This document shows, one piece after another, positions 26,688-39,405 of a stretch of DNA of 64,000 bases. Origin of the DNA: Octopus vulgaris (Eukaryota); the NCBI GenBank assembly GCA_951406725.2, contig OX597814.1, positions 139,562,001 through 139,626,000 of the forward strand, given 5' to 3'. A program made the position numbers and the translations under genes. Under the pieces are notes generated by a model. It searched no databases, was not told the DNA's origin, and was given only the letters and a program-made list of their open reading frames with translations. Numbering within the stretch: position 1 is the first letter of the stretch; the number at the start of each line of letters is the position of its first letter.

Positions 26688-27390
26688 CAACAGTTCAACA
26701 ATTTCATCTCTTTTGTTAACACCTTTCATCCCACTTTGGAATTTACTTCCATTGTATCTGACAGCTCTGTTAGTTTCTTCAATAGCTCCATCACTATCAA
26801 CAATATCCATCTGTCCACCTGTATCCATTAGAAGCCTATTGACTCCTACTCCTATCTCCACTACTCTTCTTCTCACTCCAAACGCACTAAATTTGCTGCC
26901 ATACCATTTTCTCAATTCCTTTGTCTTTACCAAATCTGCAGCACTGAATCAAATTTCGAATCCCAGTGTAAGAATGTGACAATTCTTCCTGAACTGAGGA
27001 TACTCTTGATCATTTGGATTCCCTGCAATTCACCAGACCCAGGCCATCAATTGTGCCATCGTTCTCCTGTCCTCTTTATGCATACCTACAGACCATATTC
27101 TGCTCTCATTCACCTTTCATTCATCCTTCCTTCCATTGAGAAACAAACTTATCCACAACTTCCAAATTCTGTTTCCTTCCCACACCCACTTTAATTTTTC
27201 CCACATCACTTGTCCTCACCCACAAAGAAGCTAAGGACATCAGGAACTTCTGTGTAAGAAGCTCTGTATCCCCAGCCCCACACGACCAGGCACTTTAAAA
27301 TGCACTTGTCAATGATGTAATACAATGGTTCCCAACCTGGAGTCCACAAAGGTAGTACTGGGGGTTGATGAACTAAATTCAAAATTTCAT

Positions 27391-27446
<56 letters not shown>

Positions 27447-27960
27447 CAAATAAGAAAATGGAGAAACAATTTAGTTGGTTTATCAGCTTTAGGATATTAG
27501 AATGTTGACTTATTTATTTATTTAACAAAATGAGAACCATAATAACATACATATATACATTAAAATTCAATACATATAAGATAAGAATATAATTATAAAA
27601 ACCTAAATATATATATATATATATACATAAGGGTAAGAATATTAAAAGGGATCCATGGAAAAATTCATTTAAATAAAAGGGTTGGGAACCAGTGGGAAAA
27701 GGTTGGGAACCACTGATGTAATACCTGCACTTACATTAACAACACTACTAGCCTATCTCATAGTATCAAATTATTCAGAATTTCTGTTGCATATCTTCCA
27801 GCCTTATATATTGTAGTATGTGCAAACTTTGCAGTGCACTTTATGTTGGAGAAACAGGCTGACACCTTGCTGATCATATTTCGGAGCACATTCAATGAAT
27901 AATACTCCTACATAAGTCTGGTCAACCTGGTCAACCTGTTGTCACGTATTCAACACAACA
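26688..27960 (+). pseudogene. Penelope-like element (Neptune-type) RT thumb, Cys linker and GIY-YIG endonuclease relic
   Basis: FVNTFHPTLEFT..SVSFF..LSTCIH*KPIDSYSYLHYSS..IPFSQFL..ICS (PLE RT C-terminus); CTCQ*CNTC linker; SSLIYCSMCKLCSALYVGETG*HLADHISEH (GIY-YIG) at ~27795-27890. Multiple stops. Confidence 0.85.
27323..27715. mobile_element. hAT-type MITE with perfect 8-bp TSD, nested in the Penelope relic
   Basis: TIRs CAATGGTTCCCAACC / GGTTGGGAACCACTG; TSD ATGTAATA at 27315-27322 and 27716-27723. Confidence 0.9.
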
Positions 27961-28097
27961 GGTATGTAACTTCTTTGTATACCATGGGTTCCCGTACTCA
28001 AGGAAATGGTGGAATTTGAACTCAAACTGTAAAGAGACAGAAGTAATACCACGTAGTAATTTTCCCAGCATTCTAACAAGTATGCCAGTTCACTGCC

Positions 28098-28260
28098 TTA
28101 ACCCCTTACCTGGCAGAAACGAATATATGCGTTTTGACCGAAATCGTTTTTTTCTATCTCTGGCAAGTTAACTCGTCAAAAGATAGACTCGCCAAAATCG
28201 ACAGCAAATGAGTTCCTTCATCTAAAAACGGGTTAACTCGTTTCTGCCCAAAGTGGTAAT
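28098..28260. mobile_element. Possible small TIR element
   Basis: TTACC-TGGCAGAAACGA at the left is inverted relative to TCGTTTCTGCCC...GGTAA at the right. CpG-rich interior. No clean TSD pair. Confidence 0.35.
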
Positions 28261-29149
28261 TTAAAATCAATACTATTGAATTAAAATTCATAATAAATAA
28301 GGTTTGAAATATACCTCGAAATCACCATTCAAAACATAGTAAAATAAAACAATTAAAAAATATGTCTGAAAAAATACATTTATTTTCAAAATAATTGTTG
28401 GGTAAGGGGTTAATAATAAAAATAACAACTACAAATATTACAGATAGCAAAAGCAAATGGGGAAAGGAAGTGAGAATGAGAAGGAAGACAAAAGGAATTA
28501 AATTTGAAAGCAACAATAGACTCACGAGTTTGAAATCCATAAAGAGCAAGGTCACAAAAAGACAACTGATTAAATCTTAAAAGAATAATGTTACATATCA
28601 AATTGTCATGTTAAAGACATTAACTACTCCCATTCTGAAAGAAGAATGTAATTGAGAAAAGACAACCAGAAATGAGTGAACAAAACTCCCAAGGCTCATA
28701 AAATCTAATCAGTAACTAATTTTCAACAGATACAGTGGAATTGTGTCAAAGAAAAAGTTATGGGTGTTGATAAAACATTTTGACACAGTACAATTGATAT
28801 ATAAAAGGAAGTAAGGCAACAAGCTGGCAGAATCAATACCATGCCGGAAAAAATGCTTAGTGGCATTTCCTCTGGCTTTAAGTTCTGAGTTCAAATCCCA
28901 CCAGGGCTACTTTGTTTTTCATCCTTTAAGGATCAATAAAATAAGTACAAGTTGAATGCTGGAGCCAATGTAATTGATTTACTCCCTCTCGTGAAATTGC
29001 TGACCTTGTGCCAAAAATTGAAATATAAAATGAAAGTGAAAGTAACAGTTTTCCTTTGCTGTTTTTTAACCTTTTGTTGTTTCTTAAGAGGCTGAAATGT
29101 AATATATGATCTCAGATCAAGACCCTTACCACTAAAATCCAACATTAAA

Positions 29150-29195
<46 letters not shown>

Positions 29196-29442
29196 GTATT
29201 TGTATGTGTGAGTGAATGTGTGTGTCGTATGTATTTGTATGTGTGAGTGAATGTGTGTGTCTAAAAGTTGTTCTTCTTTTGGGTTTTTTAACATGTTTCC
29301 ATCTGTAAACTACGGTCATGCTGGGGCACAGCCTTGAAGAATTTTTAGTTGAATGAATTGACCCCAGTACTTACATTTGTTAAGCCTGGTACTTATTCTA
29401 GCCTTCACTTTTACCAAACCGCTACATTATAGAGACACAAAA

Positions 29443-29660
29443 AGGCAGTGAGCTGGCAGAAACTTTAGACCGCCAGGCGAAATGCTTAGTAGTATTTTGT
29501 CTGTCTTTACATTCTGAGCTCAAATTCCACCGAGGTCGACTTTGCCTTTAATCCTTTCGGGGTCAAGAAACTAAGTACCTGTTGCATACTAGGGTTAATC
29601 TAATCGACTGGCACCCACCTCATCAAAAAACTTCAGGCCTTGTGCCTAGAGTAGAAAAGA
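29443..29660 (+). mobile_element. SINE B inserted into a SINE A 3' half, with imperfect ~16-bp TSD
   Basis: ATTATAGAGACACAAA (29426-29441) versus ATTATGTGGACACAAA (29660-29675). The host SINE continues on both sides. Confidence 0.8.
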
Positions 29661-30603
29661 TTATGTGGACACAAACACGCCAACACTAGTTGTCAAGTGT
29701 GGTGAAGGACAAAGACAAACACACACACATATATAAAATACTAAAATGGGACAAGAACGAAAACATCCAGACAGTTAGGTGAAACAAAAAGGGGACAACA
29801 AAATATCCAGACCGACGATACAAGGAAAACAAGGACGGATCATTCGGAGTTTTCTATCTTCAGTTGAGTTCCAGATTATCTTTGCAATTTCAGCTGGTTA
29901 TACTCAAGAATGCTCCAATCTGGTCAGCCCCAAGAAAAAAATGAGTTAAGAGCATTACATTCCTTGGAAGAATGCAGCGAATGTATACGAAAATAAGGAT
30001 AGAAAAAAACCCAGAAATGTTTCACAAATACAAATAACAGGACATAACAACAGGTGTCTTTTGATTAAGCTGGCATGTGTGGAAGTAAAGCCTTAGCATA
30101 TAGTCATAGGCATACCGCATGAGTGGACTTTTACTTTGTTATATATATATATATATATATACATGGTCAGCCCAAGGCTATAGTAGAAGACACTTGCCCA
30201 AGGTACCATGCAGTGGGACTGAACCAGGAATCATGTAGCTGGGAAGCAAGCTCCTTACCACACAGCCACAGCTCTTCCTTCTACTGAAGAACATAAGTGG
30301 GGATAAATATTATCTTTCAGTATTAATACTGCCTTTGTCACTGATATACATTTTTTTAACAATCTACTGAATTAGTCAAAAAGTAGTTAAACAGCAAGGA
30401 AGTTTGGTATTTATATCTGACAAGGGGTATAGGACAGGATGTAGGCAATATAAGTGGGGAAAAGGATTTGGATTCACAATGTAAATAAGAAATTGTGACC
30501 AGTTTTGGGTGTGGTTGGGGTAGATGTGGCATTACCTTGTATGATACCCTGTATGACAATCAATTGCAACAGTCTGTTAGGGGAAGAAGGAAAATGGTAT
30601 CAC

Positions 30604-31537
30604 TTGGAATGTCACCCTTGCTGTATGTGTACAAGCATTATCATGATGGAAGAACACCTGTCATCTTGAAACCAAAGATGGTCATTTTTCGTCTAGCACT
30701 GCTTGCAGTAGATCTCTTTTGTTATTGTTTGGTTTGGGTTTAAAAGTTCAAAGTGGACTAAACATTTCATATCCCACCAAACAGATAACAACCCTTTACA
30801 TAGGTGAAGACCTTCTGTAGCCTGGGGTACCAGTGTTTCTCCTTTCCCTTCCCACTGTCTTTGACACTTGACATTTTTATAGAGAACCCATTTCTTGTCA
30901 CCAGTCACTATTCAGTCCAAAAAAAGTTCATTCATGAGACATAACAGCAAAGAAGAGCACACATTCACTCTCTGTGCGCAATTAGACTTGGAAAGTTTGT
31001 GAGGAACCCTTTGACCCAATTTGCTGATTTTTCTGATGGTACGCAGGTGTCGATGAATGGTTGAATGACCAAATCCAAGCTTCTCTGCTAGTTCCTCAAC
31101 AGTTACGATGGGATTTTGTTCCATCAGGGTTTGCAGGATGTCCTCATTGAGTTCTACAGATCTTCTAGGACAAGGTTCATCTTTTAGTCTGCAATTTTCA
31201 GCTCGGAATTTCAGGAACCACCGTTGACACTGGCTTACACTTATTGTCCAATCCCCATATACTGCATTAATATTTCCCACACTTTCCATTGCACTGTTGT
31301 CTTTATTGAACTCATAAAGTAAAATATGCCCAATATGCTTTGTCATTTCCATCATAGCTTTGAAAGAAATAACTGTTAAAATCGAATTACACTCTTCAAA
31401 ACTTGCACTAAGAATAAGTACAAGGTAAAATTACTAGTTTCTTTTATAGCAAGTTGATGCAGGTAGTTTCTCCAATCACCCTCCGACTTTTAGTGCATGC
31501 AATTGAAAAAAAACGCATTATTTATGGGATGGCCCAG
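30604..31537 (-). mobile_element. Truncated second copy of the same mariner family
   Basis: Right TIR CGCATTATTTATGGGATGGCCCAG + TA. ORFs 30912..31355 (HTH, RVPHKL) and 30693..30908 (VTGDKKW, SVWWD) are in frame across one stop. Colinear with 2416-3326. Confidence 0.93.
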
Positions 31538-32069
31538 TATGCATGTGTATGCCTGAGTGTGAGGTCATTGCATAATAGTTGTAAATGATTGTTACTGTCA
31601 CACAGTTAGTGTCATTCATTTCCAATGTTCTGCAAAAACATATCTGACCATGAAGAAATATTACTTTGCTTTAAGTTAGAGTTAAAACAATGATGATAAT
31701 ATAAGATATTTAGAAGCACGAATCTGAGCCAGAATGAGAACGGGCACTTCTATGGAACGCAATTTACTAGGTGGCCACATTGACTATTAACTCTATAGAC
31801 TGCATGCTGTCTCCTCACAAATAAAGCTATATAAATGTTTTATGGTAGAAACTAGAAGTGGAGAACAATTTTATATCTGAAAGCCACATTGAATTAAATG
31901 CAATTTAATAAGCTTGCATTAAAGAAAATTTTATTAAATATACAGAGAAATGTAATTACATTTATTGTGAAAATTTAATTATAAATATATTTATAAATAT
32001 TAACAGAAGAAATAAAAAATGTAAGCAGACTTTTTAATACACACAAACACACACGCATGTATATATGTG

Positions 32070-32143
<74 letters not shown>

Positions 32144-33770
32144 ATAATATATATATATATATATTTAAAAATTTTTAAATTTGTTTTGCAAGTATTTTTA
32201 TATAAAGCCAAGTGATGAAACTGATATTATGATACTTTGGGCAAGTCACATAGGCATTAAACACACCCACCAGTTGTTCAGTTCAATTTGTTTAGTTATA
32301 TTGTAAGAAATTATTCACCACACAGCTGTGATCTTTGCAGTGATCCAAAATTTGCAAACTGATTTTCTTGAGTATATTATGTTTTCAAGTGCAATCTCTA
32401 TGTTGTCAAACATGTGAGTGTGATACCAAGTTGTTTTGTTTTTATAGTGTAGATATTTATTGGATTATTTTTTTAAGAAATTGTTTATTTACTTTAGATT
32501 TTGTTAGTGCTAACATAAAAAAATATAAGTTGTGCATGTGTGTGTGGGTGTGTGTGCAGCTGTAGTTGTTTTATATCTTATTTGATATTCTGTGCTATAT
32601 TATTGTGGTGGTTGAGGCATATTGTTACCCCATTCATTCTTTTTCTAGTAAAAGTGTACATTGAATCAGAATTTGATTCCAGTATACATACAGCCTCTGT
32701 AAATTGTTGTAATACCAGGTCTTGGTACACGTGAAAAACATTTGTATTTCAGTATTGTTTACTGAACCATTGTTCTTCTGTACAGAGTGTTGATAAAACA
32801 GAGTTCTCTGTTTCTTTTTCATTGCATTCAAATCAGTATCTCCAGTGCTTTCACCTAAACTGCAAAATGTTTCTCCTATATGATTGCAATGATGTTTATA
32901 CCTACATTGCCCTTTCAACCATCTCAATTAGTTTACATTCCTAGATCTGCAATTTATCTGTGTGTTGGATGGGAATAATCAGCAGTTGTTGCCAGTGCAT
33001 GGTTTTTCTTAAATGAATATGATTTACATAATAGTGACTTGATGGATTTGTTTATATTTTCTACTTCATTGAATTTAAAATTGTTTCATGCAGTACTTTC
33101 TTAAATTTGTGTATGATCTCACTTTTGGGTGTAGCCATAATGAACGTAATATCTTGGGATTTGTTATTGTCATTGCATAAACTTTCTTTGACGTTTTTTT
33201 CTTTTTCTTTCAAACACATCCTGGAATTTGTTCCAGTACATTGAGTACACTCTATTTGTATCACCAACCCTACAAAAAAAAGGGTGATGAAATGCAAGAT
33301 TGACTTTGGAGGGATTTGAATATGGACATAAGGTACAAGTATGCCTGTACAGTTAAAAAGTTCCCTTCATAACTATGAGGTTTTGAGTTCAATTACATCA
33401 ATTCAACCAAAGATGAATGAGTGTAAAAGAATCTCACCAGATGTGAGTGTGAGTAAATGTACTTGTGTTTGTGTATGTGCATGTGTTTTCTGTGTGTATA
33501 GGTGTTTGTTCATATCTCTCTGTCTTGACATCATGCACTAATGGTAAACAAACATCATCACTGTACAGTGTCATTCAAACATGTCTGGCCAGTGTATTGT
33601 TCATATTTGAATGATTACAGGAAATATCATGTCACTTGAAAACAGCTGAAGTTTGGTGGCAAAGAAGAGCATCCAGCCATAGAAAATCTGCTTCAATAAA
33701 TTTTGTCTACCTCATGCAAGCATAGAAAAGTGGATGTTAAACCACAATGATAAATGATGACATAAATGGC

Positions 33771-34186
33771 AGATCTTTTCGGTTTGAACAGCAGTTTTTT
33801 CTAGTGGTGTCATATGAAATTGTCACCCATAATTATGACCCTAGTATCGATCTATTGCATTTCAATGTTTTAGGGTTAGGGTTAGGGATGGGGGGGAAGG
33901 GTATCTTTTTTTCTTCACAAATGTAAATAAACCCAATCTGTTTCTTAAACAAGGGACATATTCATATGGCACAGAATGTTGTTTACCTCAATGGACATAA
34001 TTGATTGGTTGAAATTACAGAAATTGAAGAAAAAATACAACAAATATCTTACAAACTATGGAATTTTCTCAATAAAGCCAAGAGAAAAAGATGTTTTATA
34101 AACACGTTCTACCAGTATACGAAGTTTAAAATTTTTTAGTTACCTAGAAATTATGTTAAAAACTGCCGTTCAAACCGAAAAGATCC
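33771..34186. mobile_element. MITE with ~28-bp TIRs, degenerate 8-bp TSD and internal (TTAGGG)3
   Basis: AGATCTTTTCGGTTTGAACAGCAGTTTT / AAAACTGCCGTTCAAACCGAAAAGATCC; flanks TAAATGGC / TAGACGGC; telomeric repeats at 33870-33887. Confidence 0.85.
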
Positions 34187-34579
34187 TAGACGGCTGCAAT
34201 AAATACCACAAGGTATTTAGTCCAATGCTCTAATGCTGCTATTAATTTGCCACATTTAAAAAATATTTGATATGACTTTCATAAGCACAAATGGAAAACA
34301 AAAAGAGAACAGAGACACTGACAGGACTCAAACCACATAGCTATCACATTACATGTGACCCTGTTACTGATAACTACCCTCTCCCCCACACACACACGCT
34401 CACATATTGTGGCAGGAAGACCTGTGGTGTTGACATGTATTCATCAACTTTTGCCCATACTCACACATGATGTGTGCACATTCAAAATGATATGCATACT
34501 ATAAAACAATGCCTTTTTTTCTTTTATGATAATCACACACACACACACACGCACACACACACACACATGCTAATCAATT

Positions 34580-37040
34580 TAGTTATAAAGGCCATCTATA
34601 TCCTATCATTTGGTGTGTATTGTGTAAGTCTATATTATCTATAGTTACAAGGAGTGCTGCTCTTAGAGTAATTTTACATTGAAAAGATGAATATATTTGC
34701 ATAAATATCACTTTATTATTAGGTTCCTCATCTTACACCTGAAACAAAACAAACAGACTAAGAAAGACAAGCAAATAGGTGTTCTTACTGAAGACTGCAA
34801 ACATATTAGAGTTGATTAGATTTGGGGAAATATCTACAATGTTTGTACCAATCAGTATTAATATTTCTATTTATGGCTGCTCTTACATGCAGTCAGGAGA
34901 TCAAAATCATTTCATTGGCTTCATACAGTGAAGGGTCACATTTGTGCTACATAAAAAAAAATCATATTTCAGACAGGCTTCTTACAAAATAATAGTTAAC
35001 AGGAAACAACCACAAGGGAAAGCAGCTGATTCATGATCAGCTTCAAAACCTGTGAAACCTCCTTGCAGTTCAATGGAAAACAAGTAGATTGATATCTCCC
35101 AGTGATCTGTGGATAGAATTTAGAGGTATCATAGCCAGTGATTATAAGCATCAATTATAAGTAACTAAATCTCAAAGATGTCATTTATTTCGGTGATCCT
35201 GTCTTTGTCATGGCTCTCATTGTAATTGAGGACAATTTCTGACAATGGGTGGAGGCAAATAGCATAAATATGATTTGCTTCAAAGTAACCAACCACAGCA
35301 TGAGTATTGTTACAATACTAATTTTGTAGAAAGATTTTCAACTGAAATAAAATTAAAACTTAAAGTACTTGATAATCAAAAATAACTTTTGATACATTTG
35401 ATGGGCAATATTCAAAACAGAAAAAGTTGAAATATTCTTTTTTGATACACCTGGAAGGGCAAGAAAAAACATTCTGATAAGCCTACATGAAATAAGCAAA
35501 CATGAAAACTGCATAGCAGTTGTCTCTTCTGGCACTGCTGCCAATCTGTTATCTGGAGGCAAAACAATTAATAGTGCATTCAAAATGGCTATGGAACCTC
35601 ACCATTGATAACACAATAACCTAAAACATTAATACAATATTATTTGCCAACATACTGCAGCAGTCCTGGTTAGGATGAATGTTACAGTTATTTAGCCCCA
35701 GGAAACATTGTCTCCAGTTGGCTAAACGACACACTATCTGTGTCCTTATATTTTCAAACAAGGGAGTTTAGCATCCCCACTCAGCACAAAGCATACCGTG
35801 GTTTCTGGGTTATTTCTCTTTATCAGCACAGAATAACTGCTTGGCTAGAGATGGCACTGCTAAATTCCTGATTGAAAATATATAATTTTCAAAGTGATAC
35901 ACAGTCACTGATCTAATAAATAGAAAAATTATTATTTCTAAATTTCTCAATGAGAGACATTCAGTAACAGTACTCTAAGGTAAAGATTATTTGCCAACAT
36001 AATGTGGCAGTCCTGGTTGGGATGTTAAACTCCCTTGTTTGAAAATATAAGGACACAGACAGAGTGTCATATAGCCAGCTGGAGACAAGGTTTCTGGGGC
36101 TGAATAACAGTAACATTCATCCCAACCTGGACTACCACATTATGTTGGCAAATAATATTTACTTTAGAGTACTGTTACTGAATGTCTCTCATTGAGAGAT
36201 TTAGAAATAATAACTTTTCTATTAATAAAAGAATAGAATTGAAATGCTAAAACAGAGTGCAAATTATAATTTGTGACAAGTTTTCTATGTCCCAAAAGTA
36301 CCATTTAAAGTTTTGGACCAAACTGGTACAGATATGAAAGACAAATTTTCCTTTCAGAAGATTAACAATAGTCTTAGTAGGAAACTTTTGTCTGACACTT
36401 ATGATGCTTCCAAAGAGGACAAGAGCAGATTGAATCAGAGTTACTTCAAATTGAAGCCTTTATGAAGGCGTGTTAAGAAACTCAAGTATGAGAGTTTATG
36501 TTAACATACAGAAATGCTCAGCTTAATTTGCTACAACACTTTCAGAACTTGAAAAATGAGTGTTTTGTACCTGATCAAAACAGGGACATATCTTTGGCTG
36601 TCATTAGTGAATTGACATTGTCAGGTGATGAACTAAAAACAAGCATTTCACATCATTCAACAGAATTGCTACAATCACAAATAACTATAAGAAACAACAA
36701 TGCTTGCCACACCCAAAAAGGCTACTAAGAATAAGATCATCTACAAATAAATTATTCAATAGTTGCAAGAAGATGAATTTGTTTGCAAGCCTCTTGATGC
36801 TGTCTTAAATCCCAGAGAAACTGTAAACTATGCCCCACTGAGCTGCAGTTACCAGACGTGCCACATTATAGGCTTGTGCTGAAGAAAGGATTCTCAATTC
36901 TCCTTAAGAACTTGGGTGCTCTGAGTATGTGCATTGGCCCAAGGGTGGTAATCAAACAACAAATGATACAGTTAAATAGCAACAATACCATCAGGATGTA
37001 ATGGTGTGTGTTGTATTTATCTCAGGAGTTACAATCATTA
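34580..37040 (+). pseudogene. Decayed autonomous Helitron RepHel gene (PIF1-family helicase region)
   Basis: Fragments in order: FYLWLLLHAVRRSKSFHWLHTVKGHICAT (~34865-34950; cf. LRLLL..VRGPTSF..LRTV.G), FFFDTPGR..KTFLI (Walker A, ~35435), SGTAANLLSGGKTINSAFKM (~35528-35588) and LPDVPHYRLVLKKGFSILLKNL..MCIGPRVVI (~36850-36955). Many stops and frameshifts. Confidence 0.8.
35638..36225. repeat. Penelope-type direct and inverted repeat cassette interrupting the Helitron, with a degenerate hammerhead (35791-35829 minus)
   Basis: 35641-35776 pairs with ~36019-36154, and ~35918-36020 pairs with ~36120-36225. Minus strand reads GTG-CTGATAA-AGAG-AAATAA-CCCA-GAAA-CC-AC-GG-TA-TGC. Confidence 0.7.
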
Positions 37041-38450
37041 CTACCTCATTTGAATTTAGAAGACTGTGATTCACACTCAGTATGTATTTTTCTATATTCA
37101 TTAGAATTACAGAGGCAATACATACATACATACTTAAATACATATATACATACAAACATACATACATGTATGCATATGTGTTTGTGCATGTATACATGTA
37201 TATGTGTGTATGCCTGTTTATGGATGCATATGGAGTTCTGATAATATAACTGAAAATAAAGAATAAGACCAAACACACACAAAACAAAAAAAATACGATT
37301 TATCCAAAAATGATGAATCTACATTATAACAAAGGGAAATATCTACACTAAAGATGAACAACCATGGATAAAACCAAAACCAGTGAAACAAACTGTGTTT
37401 TCAAAAATGAAGAACCAACACTATATCTCAAAACAAGTATGTGCACCAAAAGCATAACACATGATGAAACTACAACAATTTAAGCAAAATAGAGGAACTA
37501 AAATTCTAATAAAAGAAAATAGCCATAAAATATGATAAAAATAGAATATAAATAAAGATCAACATAAAAAAAATGCGAGAAAAGATGAAGTGTAACAAAG
37601 CAAGATATCATGAAATATGAAGACCATTTCTGCAGAATATGATGAAAAATGTACAAAATCAAAGATGAACATCCAAGAATGTCGTTAATCATAAAAAAAA
37701 CTAAGACTGTAACCAATAATGAAGAACTAAAACTGTAGAGGAAAATGAAGAATTAAGAAAATAATCAAAGATGTTGAACTAAGGATATAATCAATGTTGA
37801 AAAACTATGTAACCAAAGATTAATAAATAAGAATATTGTTACAGATTAAGGAATAACAATGTAAACAAAGATTAAGAAGAAAAGTTAGAACCAAAAATAC
37901 AACATAAAGAACCTAGAATATAACTAAAGAGAAAAAAATAAAAGACAGTATATACTCAAAGATGAATAATGCACCCAAAGATAAGGAACCAACATTTTAT
38001 AAGAAAGGAAATTAAAATCAAAGTACAAAATGAAAGAAGGAAACCAAAGAACAGAGTCTACGAATGGAACTAAAAAAGCAGCAGACACAAAAAAGATGAT
38101 GAAATATGAAGACAACAAAACATGAACAAAGATGAAGGCAACCACAGAAGATAACCAAAGAAGAATGCTTTTAATGATTAAAAAAATATTCAGAAATAAA
38201 CAATGGTAACAACTATGGCAAAATAATACTGCAAATGAAGTTCCAAGATTATAACCAAGGAATGCAATGACTAGAACTAGACATGATGAATTATGAATAT
38301 AACCAAAATGTGACGGACCAATAATTTTCAACAAGGTCAAAGACCCAAGAGTACAAACAAGGACAAACACCATATAATACAATAATTTAATCATTGATAA
38401 AGAACTATGAATATAAGGGAAAATAAAGGGCTAACAATAAAACAAAATAT

Positions 38451-38821
38451 AACAAAGAGTACTCAGAGAGTGCAAACCTCCGCCAAGACAACACCAACGT
38501 CCTCTCAATGATTAGCCAGAGATGATTTTTAAAATGAGAATATCTGAAATAAACTCGACTGCTCTCACAAACGAGAATACTAAAAATGATCCCGACCGTT
38601 CTCAAAAATTAAGTAAAAAAAAACCCCAGAAAAATAATCTGGAATTGTTGTTTGGTACCAGATTGATCTCAACATCTAATTAGTTCATGCTAGTCACAGG
38701 GCCAAATATCCCTGAAAGTTTCATCTGAATCCATTCAGTAGTTCTTGAGATATCTCATCCACAGACAAATAAACAAATACAACTGAAAACAATACCTCCA
38801 CCTTCACTAAGGCAGAGGTAA
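38451..38821 (-). mobile_element. Helentron-associated non-autonomous element, copy 2
   Basis: Same organisation as 18717-19083: ACCTCCGCC subTIR and terminal hairpin ACCTCCACCTT...AAGGCAGAGGT. Confidence 0.72.
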
Positions 38822-38983
38822 TTAACAAAACAAAAAAAAAAATGAAGAAGCACCATTATAATAAAAAATTAAGAAGTGAGTATATGAGTATATTGCTAAA
38901 GATGAAGAAGAAAGATAAAAGATTTTAACTGAAAACAAGGAACTGAAGGTCAAAACAAAAGAAGATGATTTCAAAGTAAGATC

Positions 38984-39405
38984 TGGCACGGTTGTGCAGT
39001 TAAGGAAATTGCTTCGCAACCATGTGGTTTACGGTTCAGTCCCTATGTATGGCACCTTGAGCAAACATTTTCTGTTGAAGCTCCTTGTCAATCAATTCTT
39101 TGTGAGTGAATCTGGTGGATGGAAACTGTGTAGAAGCCTGTCATGTGTGTATGTGTGTATGTGTGTGCATGCGCCTGCGTGTGTGTTTGTCTTTGTGTCT
39201 GTGATTGTTCTGCCTTGTGCTTGACAACCAGTGTAGGTTTGCTTACATTCCAATAACTTAGCAGTTCAGAAAAATAGACAGCTAGAACAAGTACTAGACT
39301 CATAAAATAAGTATTGGGGGTAATGTGTTTCACTAAAACCCTTCAAGGCGATGCTCCAGCATAGCTGCAGTTCAATGACTGAAACAAATAAAAGATAGAA
39401 GTAGA
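38984..39405 (+). mobile_element. Older full-length SINE A copy
   Basis: Degenerate head, internal (TG)n and tail GACTGAAACAAATAAAAG. Confidence 0.8.

Noticed and set aside
37924-38394. 156-aa hydrophobic 'membrane protein' ORF (also 40414-40925)
   Set aside because: Artefact of the T-rich strand of the decayed A-rich satellite.
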